The notes under the pieces: generated by a model
What the model was told of the DNA's origin: nothing
The model's input: the letters and a program-made list of their open reading frames with translations, nothing else
Databases searched by the model: none
Assembly (NCBI RefSeq): GCF_964355755.1
Contig: NC_092673.1
Location: forward strand, 26,595,648 to 26,659,647
Length of the DNA: 64,000 nt
DNA from: Antedon mediterranea
Lineage: Eukaryota; Animalia; Echinodermata
Direction of reading: 5' to 3'
Part shown: one piece after another, positions 26,201 through 38,200 of the stretch
Layout: every line of letters starts with the position of its first letter
How positions within the stretch are numbered: the stretch's first letter is position 1
Position numbers and translations under genes: made by a program

Positions 26201-29200
26201 AAATGTGCTATCCATTTGAAAGAATGTGCTACCCGATAATCCTTATAGAATAATGTACAGTACTATATCCATTTGACTGTGCTACCTAAATGTGCTATCC
26301 ATTTGAAATAATGTGCTACCCGATAATCCTTATAGAATAATGTACAGTACTATATCCATTTGATTGTGCTACCCAATGTGCTATCCATTTGAAATAATGT
26401 GCTACCCGATAATCTTTATAGAATAATGTACAGTACTATATCCATTTGACTGTGCTACCTAATGTTCTATCCATTTGAAAGAATGTGCTACCCGATAATC
26501 CTTATAGAATAATGTACAGTACTATATCCATTTGACTGTGCTACCTAATGTGCTATCCATTTGAAATAATGTGCTACCCGATAATCCTTATAGAATAATG
26601 TACAGTACTATATCCATTTGATTGTGCTACCCAATGTGCTATCCATTTGAAATAATGTGCTATCCATTTAAAATAATGTGCTATTTGAAAGAATGTGCTA
26701 CCCGATAATCCGTATAGAATATTGTACAGTACAATTACATCCATTTGATTGTGCTACCTAATGTGCTATCCATTTGAAATAATGTGCTATCCATTTGAAA
26801 TAATGTGCTATCCATTTGAAAGAATGTGCTATCCATTTGAAATAATTTGCTATCCATTTGAAAGAATGTGCTACCCGATAATCCGTATAGAATAATGTAC
26901 AGTACTATATACATTTGACTGTGCTACCTAATGTGCTATCCATTTGAAATAATGTGCTACCCGATAATCCTTATAGAATAATGTACAGTACTATATCTAT
27001 TTGATTGTGCTACCCAATGTGCTATCCATTTGAAATAATGTGCTATCCATTTGAAATAATGTGCTATCCATTTGAAAGAATGTGCTATCCATTTGAAATA
27101 GGCCTAATGTGCTATCCATTTGAAAGAATGTGCTACCCGATAATCATAGAATAATGTACAGTACTATATCCATTTGATTTTGCTACCTAATGTGCTATCC
27201 ATTTGAAATAATGTGCTATCCATTTGAAAGAATGTGCTATCCATTTGAAAGAATGTGCTACCCGATAATCCGTATAGAATGCACAGTACAAGTTATATCA
27301 TAGTTATATCCATTTGATTGAGCTATCTATTGTGCTATCCGTTTGAACTAATGTGCTGTCTGTTTGAAATAATTCAGGGTTTTTTTTTTAAATATGTTTT
27401 GCTATCCATTTTAAACGTGCTAAACAAGTTACATATTTGTTGATATAAATTTGCGGTACACCACGTAGGCCTATATTAGTTCTGAAAAGAACTGTTGAGT
27501 TGCTTGACGTTTCGATTTAGGCCTACTCCAAAGTCAAAGTCTCCAAAGCTATTCCATCATGTCGTATTCGGGGAATCGCCCACAAGTGTTTTCTCAGAGA
27601 AGGGTATGTTCTGTATGGGGTTCTGTATGCTATTTTTTAATAATGTACAAAAAATGAAATGAAAAATCATATTAATTATCGGTATGTACGGAGGAAGCTC
27701 GAACAACACGAAGCGCGAAACAAATAAAAGCGCAGCGCGAAACATCTGAAATGATATACAATTTCTCAAAACATGAAAACACAGAATATATTATATTAAT
27801 ATAACTTTTTAATATTTCCAAAGGCTCGGACAAGGAAGAAGGGCCTTAAAAAACTGAATTGCTATATGTTAGGCCACATTTCCATAACTTTTCAAAACTC
27901 ATCGAACCCTCTGCTAGTAGGCCTAATTAATATAGGAGCGTATCGCCAAATCATTAGAGAAAAAAAAACATGGCATGAAGATGTAATTAATCAAACAACG
28001 GCCAAAGAATACCAACAATTTTAATTTAGGTTTCGATTCGTAATTACTAATGTGGTGGACTAAGCCTAGTTTGAAACTATAGTGACCATTTATTTTAGAA
28101 AGAAAGATAGACAAATTTGTTTCCATCTCTATGTTATTGTTAATACCAAGGCACTTTTCAATTAAAAATTCTGGCCTAGTATTCTTGCAAGGTCGTCACA
28201 GCTCCAGTTACAAAGGTCGTCACAGCTCCAGTTACAAACGGTGATACAAAGTGTCAATCATTTGACCAGTGAACAGCCCACTGGTAGGATAGTCCTTGAA
28301 ACCGTCCGTAAAACACATTAATCACTCACATCAGTCATGCCGCTAATGGTTGAAAACCTCACTTTTTGGGGTTTTCAAACGTAACGCTATCCGGGGCTCC
28401 TGCGCCTAATGTATCCGTTTGAACTAATGTGCTGTCTGTTTGAAATAATTCAGGTTTTTTTTAAAATATGTTTTGCTATCCATTTTAAACGTGCTAAACA
28501 AATTACATATTTGTTGATATAAATTTGCGGTACACCACGTAGGCCTATATTAGTTCTGAAAAGAACTGTTGAGTTGCTTGACGTTTCGATTTAGGCCTAC
28601 TCCAAAGTCAAAGTCTCCAAAGCTATTCCATCATGTCGTATTCGGGGAATCGCCCACAAGTGTTTTCTCAGAGAAGGGTATGTTCTGTATGGGGTTCTGT
28701 ATGCTATTTGTTAATAATATACAAAAAATGAAATGAAAAATCATATTAATTATCGGTATGTACGGAGGAAGCTCGAACAAGACGAAGCGCGAAACAAATA
28801 AAAGCGCAGCGCGAAACATCTGAAATGATATACAATTTCTCAAAACATGAAAACACAGAATATATTATATTAATATAACTTTTTAATATTTCCAAAGGCT
28901 CGGACAAGGAAGAAGGGCCTTAAAAAACTGAATTGCTATATGTTAGACCACATTTCCATAACTTTTCAAAACTCATCGAACCCTCTGCTAGTAGGCCTAA
29001 TTAATATAGGAGCGTATCGCCAAATCATTAGAGGAAAAAAAACATGGCATGAAGATGTAATTAATCAAACAACGGCCAAAGAATACCAACAATTTTAATT
29101 TAGGTTTCGATTCGTAATTACTAATGTGGTGGACTAAGCCTAGTTTGAAACTATAGTGACCATTTATTATAGAAAGAAAGATAGACAAATTTGTTTCCAT

Positions 29201-32200
29201 CTCCATGTTATTGTTAATACCAAGGTACTTTTCAATTAAAAATTCTGGCCTAGTATTCTTGCAAGGTCGTCACAGCTCCAGTTACAAAGGTCGTCACAGC
29301 TCCAGTTACAAACGGGGATACAAAGTGTCAATCATTTGACCAGTGAACAGCCCACTGGTAGGATAGTCCTTGAAACCGTCCGTAAAACACATTAATCACT
29401 CACATCAGTCATGCCGCTAATGGTTGAAAACCTCACTTTTTGGGGTTTTCAAACGTAACGCTATCCGGGGCTCCTGCGCCTAATGAAGTTTGGTTATAGG
29501 AGAATGGTTTTAAGGATGAAGAATGTAATGAAAGTAATTTTTCTATTTTTTGCAGCGATAGTTGATGTTAAAAACTTCAAAATTTTACAAGAAAAAACAG
29601 TAGACTTCCTTTTTTAAGGGGACACTCTCAACAAAGTATTAATAAATAGGGGTCGGCAATAGTGTATATATAATGTAATAGATATTATATTTCAGATATA
29701 TACATACCTTTGGTGCAAAAATGACACATAGAAATTGGAACTAAAATAAAAAGGAGATACTCCTACAATAGGGTCTATTATTTGATTGCACTTAAATTGT
29801 TTGACCTAAAAATCCAATTAAAACGTAGCAGACATTACCTTTGGCACAAAAATGACACCTAGGGTTATAGCACAGCAGATGATGATTGAAAATGACACAA
29901 ATCCAAACATAGCATTTGGCTGCGTCCTGATAAATGATGTGACAGATGCTGTGATTATGCACAGAACCTGGAAATAGAAAAGATAACCATTATAATATGA
30001 CAAGGATGAGTAGAGGATGATTATGTTGATGATAATAACAGTGATGTTGGTTGACGAAAGGGATGATGATGATATCTACAGTAGATATAGTTTACTCTTT
30101 AACATGTTAGTGCAATTAATTGAAGACATTAAACATTTTTTATTAAACTGTAAATGATGAACTCTGATTATGACACATGGAATCGTTACACAACAGCAAG
30201 TGCTGATGATAAATTACAGTATATTTTAGGTGGAGATTCTATCGCGATTTGTAAAGAATCTGAGACCTTTTTTGATTTGTTTTGTAAACAATACACAAGA
30301 GCTGCATGGGAGAAACGGTCAGAACTTAAATCTCCCAATATATAGATTGTTTTTCTTTTGTATTGTTGCTTTTATATATGATTTGTAAATATTATACACC
30401 TGTGATAACAACTATAGGTCTTCAGTACCTGATGTTGAAACACAATGGTTTGTATTGTAAACTCTTTACTATATTTTATGTTTATTTTTATATACCTTTT
30501 AAAATTATCAACTCAAACCTATGATACTGTAGGGCAATTTAATACAGTACCTGTATTACCATGTTGATAATGATTTTTCTTTTATATTTTTGCAAATAGT
30601 TTAAGAACCTGTATCCGTCATATAATGTGTTGTTTTGATGTATTATGTTAAATTGGATGCACCACTTCTGTGTGTGCCACCGATGCAAAGGTGTCATTTC
30701 CTAATAAATTATTATTATTATTATTATTTAGCAAAAATAATGTTTAAAAATGTAGTTACTGCAGTAACTGCAGTAAACAATATTGATCCCTAATAGTTAC
30801 TGCAGTAACTGCAGTAAACAATATTGATCCCTAATAATTAATCAGAACACCTACCACCACATTGTATATTGCCATTGCAATATATTTGGAGTCATTAATA
30901 TCTCTTACAGCCATGTTACGAGTCTCATAGGCAAGAAATATACCAAAGAGTAGAAGAAGGCCATTCATAGTATACAATGTACCTGCAAATAAATCAACAA
31001 TGTATGGTTACAAACATGGATAATTTAGGTTAATGCTGTGGTATGACGCTGCCAAAAGATTGTGATTCATCAACTGTACACTTTCTTTGGACAAAAAGAA
31101 AAGAGTGTTCAAGTAACCTCAACACCCCTTCTACTTATATATACTGTAGTGGTCCTACCAAGTTTTGCCTAATGTTAAAACTTTAAAAAAAAATTTTTTT
31201 TTTCTTCAAAAAGTCATGATTATAAGCAAGAATTTTTGTTCTGATTATTTCTTTTTTTTTGCCCAAAATAAAAACGAACAGGATAATACCTCTCTAAATC
31301 CTAAACCCAATACATTCCTCCAAACACCTACAATACAGGAAAAAGGTGACGGTAAGTGAAAAAACGCATAGCTTGTCCCACGTACTAGAATATATGTATC
31401 CTAAACAGAGACTGCCCAGCTGCTCTATGTTTTGTGTACAGTAAATGGCCAAGAGGAATAACATAGTTTTTTTTTTAGTTTTTTTTTATATTTTATTTCA
31501 TCATCACCCTACAGTGACCAAACGTCACCATTAACAGGGTTGAAAGTCGTAAAATATAACATATTATATACAAGCAAAAATCAACAGATAACAAGACAAC
31601 ATTTAAATATTACTGACATTAGACAAAACTTTGTGATGGAAACAAGCAAGGGAATCAAAAAAATATCAACACATCCATCAATTTTACATAGTGAGTGGTA
31701 TAACTTTAGGCAAACGATTAACAAAACCATTTTTAGTAATATTTACCCTCCCTCTTGATATAGAAAATAAAGCAGGATTACTTTACTATTACCTTTACCG
31801 CTTGTCTGTGTTAATTAGCCTTTAATAGAAAATAATAGATGTGGTACATACCTAACCAAATTTTCAGTGAGTCTGATTCACACATCTCTAATACTTGAGT
31901 AATTTTTTCATCTGTTTTTATATTTTCTTCAGGTTCAAAGCTGGTAGGTTCTAGTTTGAGTGGATCAATCACTTGCCAGGCAATAAGAACAATAACATCT
32001 ATAAGAACCTTGACGCATATTAATGCATATATTTTCCATGTTGGTACTACCTGTAAGGATACAAAAATGAGCTTTAATCAATTTAATTGTACACTAAGAA
32101 AATTCACTCTGGACCATGACACCTATCACACATCTGTAAGGATACAAAAATGAGCTTTAATCAATTTAATTGTATACTAAGAAAATTCACTCTGGACCAT

Positions 32201-35200
32201 GACACCTATCACACATCTGTAAGGATACAAAAACAATGTTAAAATCAATTTAATTGTATACTGAGAAAATTAACTTTTTAAGTCCACCTATCACACATGT
32301 ACCTTTAAGGATAGAAACATGAGGTTAAATCAATTTAATTTAAAAAGGAAATTCACTTTTTATGTCCTCTAGATCATGACATCTATCACACATGTACCTG
32401 TAAGGATACAAAAATGAGGTTAAATAAATCTTCAATTTAATTGTATTCCAAGGAAATTCAAGTCCTCTTAGGCCACAACAAACTAGTGCAAATGTGGGCA
32501 AATTGGGACTTGTTTGAGCTTGGTTCCCACTAAGATGTAACGCAAGAACATAGGTCGCAAATTTAAGCGAATTGACCAATCACAAGCAACAGTCATGGCT
32601 TTTGGTTGGTCAATTCGCTTACATTGTGTCCTTTGCATCTTTCAGCTCCAGATTTGAGGCTGAAAAGTATGCATGATCTAATCTAGCATAGATATACAGT
32701 ATTGTAATATTAAATATAAATCCCCAACAAACAAGAAACATATATAACAGTTCATTTGTAACATTGTGAGAGTTATTAAAAATAACAAAACTGTGTCATA
32801 CAATGATTATATGAGTTCTGATTTTTAAATTATGAATATGTCTCTAAAAAAGTGATAATTTACCTCTACGCTAACTTTCCTTCTTTTTGTCTTGTCATCT
32901 TTAACATTTTTCTCTTTTGTGATTAATTGATGAACCATCCAAATTTTCCCAAAAAGGGCACCATAAGCAAGACTGAAGCCGATACTAAGTAACCAAGTCG
33001 TGCTCTGTCAAAATATGTGAATAAATGATGTTAATGACACCTGGATAATTTAGTATATACAGGAAAAGTTAAGCTCTACCTACACTATCAAACTTTATGT
33101 GATGACCATCACAACCATATTTGAGAACATCACACTTTTTTTTCAAACTAGTTTGATAGTGTAGACAGAGCTTTAATGACACCTGGTAAACACCTACAAA
33201 ATTAAATAATGATAATTATTGACACCTAGATAAGCAGGTTCATACACACCTGACATACTCTAGGAACTTGAACGCTGTTCTCCAAGTACTGTTTATCCAA
33301 TCCAAATAAAAAAACACATATTAGACATAAGATGCAGCCAAGCACCATAATGTTGTTGACACCAGCCTGAGAACATTCCAAATATCTGTAAAAAATAAAT
33401 ATAAGATTTAATATGTAAAGATGTATTTTTCTCCAAAAAACAAAACAATGTTTTTACTTATAAAAAAACAAAATAAACTGTAAAATTCAACCAAAACCCA
33501 TAAAATTTACAGTCAATTTTACTATATTTTTGCTCTAAGTTTTTCAGGTAAATAATTGTTTTTTTCTATCCAATTTTTGGTCAAATTAAATAACTATTAT
33601 GTCATATTAAAATTGCATATAACAAAAACATTTTTTTTTCATGGGGACAATACGTCTCTAAAAGGAGTTTACTATGTCACTTATAAGAAAAGTGATTATG
33701 GTGATCTGTCGACTCTACCTTGTAAAAGGTAAAAACTGTTAAAAAATATCTTACTGTGTATGACTGTAAAGTATGTTAAAAACCAGGAATGAAAATGCAA
33801 ATGCAATAACTAAACTGCACAGTAAAGAAACTGGTATATAAAGAGTTTTGCTTATGAATAGATGCTCAGTGATCTCCTGAACTCCATCATTAGGCACCTT
33901 GCCACCTGAAATTAATAACAACAATTGGTATAAACAGTTGATGTTCAGTGTTTTATTCAATCATTCTAATCATACACTAATATTAAAACATATACTATCC
34001 ATAGATAAATATATTTTGTCTACTTCAAGTTTCTGGTTAAACGTATGAATATACATCAAATATTTAAATATTATTTAAAAGGCAGCAATCAGGTAGTTAG
34101 CCTACAGACAGCATACCTTTAGGTTCATAATCCACACTAGCTTAAGGGTTCTCGCAGGGACAATTTGTTATTCAGGGGAAATCCTTGTTAAGATGACACA
34201 CACTCTGTTGTGTCCCAAAAGTGTCCCCTTAATAGTGGTTCTACTGTATTACAATAGTAACAAGTGCTCGTTGAAAACTCTCTTACCTGGCCAAGTTGCC
34301 TTTCCATGAATCCAGGTCAGATTGTCTTGGTCAATGTCATAATAAGCAGTTTTTACATATGTACCATCTAAAAATGATTTAAAAAAAAAATTATAAACAT
34401 ATTTTTATCTTTCTAACTACAAAAGTTGTTGAAAAACTGAAAATGTCATTAAATATTATCAAATGTCATGTATCATATGGCAATATACAAATAACAAATT
34501 GATGCACACACATGCTTGAAGATTATAGAAAAGAATAAAACAACATAGTAATACCATTTGAAGGGTTCTAAATCAAAATGAAAAGTGATATCTCAATAGT
34601 TGTGGCTTATTTTAAAACTATGGATGCATAAAGCAGTCCATTGAACCGGAACATCAGGCCAAAATCAAATGTTAGCTGTCAAGATATTATATAGTTTAAA
34701 TCCTGGAAACAAAGCTTGTGCCCGTCAATAGATTTTACACGTGTTTATGTCAAAATGTGAAATTTATATATTGTTGTTTTTCTTGTTGAGAAACTAATTG
34801 AGTCAGGTTTTTGTATATATTTATGAGAGAGATAAATGAAAACATTATAAACTTATGTAAGGTTTTTAAAACAATTTACAATTATCTACTGTAAAAATAT
34901 TTTAAGTTTACATATTTGTTGTTGTACTGTATGTTTTTGAAGCCTCGTCCTTCGAATGAGACGTTAATGTGTTTGAAAACAGGAGTGATGTTCCATATTT
35001 TTCTTTTTTTATTTCATTTTAAAAATTTGTTTATTTGTTCATTTATTTTTGTATGTATTTTTGTATTAATTTTTTTTTTTCAATTATTTTTTAAGAGTGC
35101 TTGTCACCAAAAATCAGACATATTCGTAATTTAGTGGCAAGGGTCAAAATTTCGAATTGGCTCATATTTTGCACATTGGTAGACCTTGATGTAAGTAAAC

Positions 35201-38200
35201 CTGATGTGTAGTTTGTTTGGTAAAATATCGCTTAGTTTTCGAGAAAATCGAAAAATAACGATTTTCGGCCAATTTTGTTAATTTTTGGTGTATAATTTAC
35301 ATTAAGTTTAACAGCCTCTGGAAGCCAAATGTAGCAACCTAGCATTTTAATATTTTACACTGACGTTAACTAGCACCTTGACAATAATTTAGTAAAGTTT
35401 CAAAAAATTTAATGAAATTCTAATATTTTTACTAATTAATTACTAATTAGCATATATAAAACTCTTAAAAAGTAGGGTAAAAACAAACGCGTTTTTTTTC
35501 ATGTGCGACGAATTTTTTTTTAATAAAAAAATCGTCAATCTACTGTTTAGATACTAAAATTTATGAATCAAGTAAAAACAATTTGGGGAAACTATTTTCC
35601 GCTCCGCGCCAGAGCCACAGCGTTGTAAGAAATTCAAAGATTTTATCTGTCGGCAAGATCAATCAGATGTACCTATTGTTCTCTATTTACAGATTTAAGG
35701 TAAATTTTACCATGAGAAACAAACTTTAAAGGTAAACTGAAAGGTCCTGAATAATTTGGAATTACGTTTTAATATAAAAACATCTAAAAATAAATTTCTA
35801 GTCAAATTTAAACGACTAACCCATGAAATTAAGCAATTACTATCTGAGCTCAACATTGTAAGTCGCTTAGCTTCATCAACTGTTATGTTTTCCACTGATG
35901 AATTTATTCTTATTATTATTATAATAATATAATACTAATAATATTATTATTTTTTGCACTATACGCGCGCATGCGCAGTTTATTTTTATCAACAAAGTGT
36001 TCCATTTGACGTGCGCGTATACGCGAAAATGTTTGATTTGCGTGAATAATTTCGCCTAGTGGAAAACAGGCTATATAACATAATGTTCTTATCTTCTCAT
36101 ATAGGGAGTATTCGCACGAGCATGTTAACGCTATTTTCCAAGCTCCGCCCACTTTGTAAACAACTTTCTGTGCGTGCGCAAGCATTACGAAAAACTTTAG
36201 TTACGTGCGTCGAGAACCTTATTTCTGAAAAATAGCGTAAATGAAAACGTTAACCAAAACATGATTAAACATGCCTGGCTAGGCTTAGTCTCTATAAACC
36301 CAAGGTATTCCATGATTTGTTTTAATACGTGTGGCGTATGTTGCGTGCGCTACACATGCGTTGCGTTTTACACTTCCCGTCGAAGCGCGAAATCAAAACG
36401 AGCAAGTACGTTAACGCAAATGTTCACTGAACTCTGTTGTTATGCAAATGAGTAGAATGGTGACATCCGATAACGTTCATGTGCTCGTGCGAAATTTCCT
36501 AATAATTCGTAGCCTAAACAATAAATTATTGTTTTTAAACTTGTAAACCATTGTTTCATCCCTTCGCTTTATTAAAAATTAACAGAACGCGACTTTAAAT
36601 ACTGACAATTTAGACAACAGAATCGTCCCACATATTAAATTGTTATTTTAAAGAATTCTTACAGACATAGTTTTACCTTCATTGCTACCTTAATCAATCG
36701 AGCAACTGCACATGGAAACCAGCTTTCCCAGCAAATCAATGTTTGGCTTCTTGCACTTTATGGTTCGTCATCATCATCATCATGAACGGCTGCATCTGTC
36801 CTCCTTTTTTTAGCCAAGTGTGAGAAAAAACAATCTGCTGTGCTGTTAAAAATTCAGTCTTGCTAAATAGATGTGAACTGGCCGATCTCATCTCTCGTGA
36901 GACATCACATGGACCAGCTTTCTGTCCCGTCTGCTCTCCAGCGTCAAAAACATCAATAAGGTAGGTTTTACAGAAAATCGGGTTTTTTTTGCAGAGGACT
37001 TTAACGCCCAGCCCATTTGCAGTTTGGGGCCAATGTCAAACCGTGGCAAATCGTTGGTTCTTGTTGGTTCTGGATTTTTAGAAGTACCCTCTTCTAGTTG
37101 TGTTGCGTATAATTTCATTGCCCTGTCATAAATGTTCTAGTGCGTTCTTGTGATTTTCATAATCTAAGTGTTTCTCTAGGGAAGAGTACCTCTGATATTA
37201 CCTAATGCAACCTTGTTCGCGACAAAAGTACAGTTTGCTGGGGGTGCCAGGACTTTCTTCACTTTCTATTTGTTCGTCGTCATTTATATCAGCTTGTTCT
37301 TCATGAGATGTCTTGGCTTGTATTCTTGCTTTTACTGCAATAAATGATACTTGATTTATTTTAATCAGACGTTGTATCTTGGTTATGAATTAAATTGGGT
37401 AGCTTCGAGGGCACACAGAATTTACTCAAAAGTAGATTTTGTCCTGCACCAATACCATACGCCATCCACACCTTCATGGACCTGCTTCCATACTCTATGT
37501 TGTTGATGTGACTCACGCCTTTCCATTTCCCTGCTGCACAAATAGTACCACTCACTATCGATGCCCGTAAACCTAAACATGTATCTGTGTGCAGCGATTT
37601 CCTTCTGGCATGCTTGTAAAGCTAGGACTTCAGTGCTCTGTTTGCGGTCTTTTCTATCGAATCCACAAGCTCCGCCGACAACCGATTTAAAAGAACATGA
37701 AATCTCTATTTTGTTTGAACTTAAAACCATCAGACAATAATTATATATAAGAATTATTTTCAACACGTCTTTACATTGTAAGACATAAACTAAAATGGAT
37801 AACAAATCTGTTCCGTTGTCAACGTCAATGAAGATATCGTTATCTATCGAATATACGCAGTAAAGTGTTTTGTCTACTGTGGTTAATGTTTTGAAACATT
37901 CTCGTTGAGTAAGATCGACCAGGTTCGACAAACAGGAAAACGATAACAAGTTAAAACAATTTTTTTTTCAGTTTTATCCGAGAGGATGGAATAATTTATA
38001 ATAATGTGGTTTGACAAAAAATAAGGGAGTGATTTTTAGTTAATTGCTTAATTTCGTATATTGGTTAGTAATTGAAATTTTACCAGAAACGTATTTTTAG
38101 TTTGTGTTTAAATTGCAACTTAATTCAAAATTTATCTTTCAAGTTTGTTTCTCCTAATAAAAGTTTGGCTTAAAGCGACTTAGATTGCTAAATAGAGAAC

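Larger units (their letters stand above)
19200..27330. repeat. Composite satellite: 21-bp ATGTGCTATCCATTTGAAA(G/T)A monomers within a higher-order unit of about 85-130 bp
   Basis: Arrays at about 19200-21090, 22010-22586 and 24716-27330. The higher-order unit includes GTGCTACCCGATAATCC(G/T)TATAGAATAATGTACAGTACTATATCCATTTGA. Confidence 0.92.
21101..28411. mobile_element. Second copy of the same TIR element, inserted inside the first
   Basis: Same 32-bp TIRs. Arms 21101-22000 and 27336-28411 are near-identical to 18222-19200 and 28412-29485. Confidence 0.87.
18222..29485. mobile_element. Non-autonomous TIR element carrying a satellite (outer copy)
   Basis: Perfect 32-bp TIR CATTAGGCGCAGGAGCCCCGGATAGCGTTACG at 18222 and its reverse complement ending at 29485. 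Left arm about 18222-19200, right arm 28412-29485. Confidence 0.85.

Noticed and set aside
19200-27330. CRISPR-like or coding interpretation of the composite satellite
   Set aside because: No unique spacers; the short ORFs are by-products of 21-bp monomers.
27500-27560. Minus-strand GAAACGTC as a second hammerhead (also near 28580)
   Set aside because: No CTGANGA core upstream.
27557-29206. Duplicated ORF pairs (70 aa and 67-69 aa)
   Set aside because: They come from the duplicated right arms of the nested element and have no transposase motifs.
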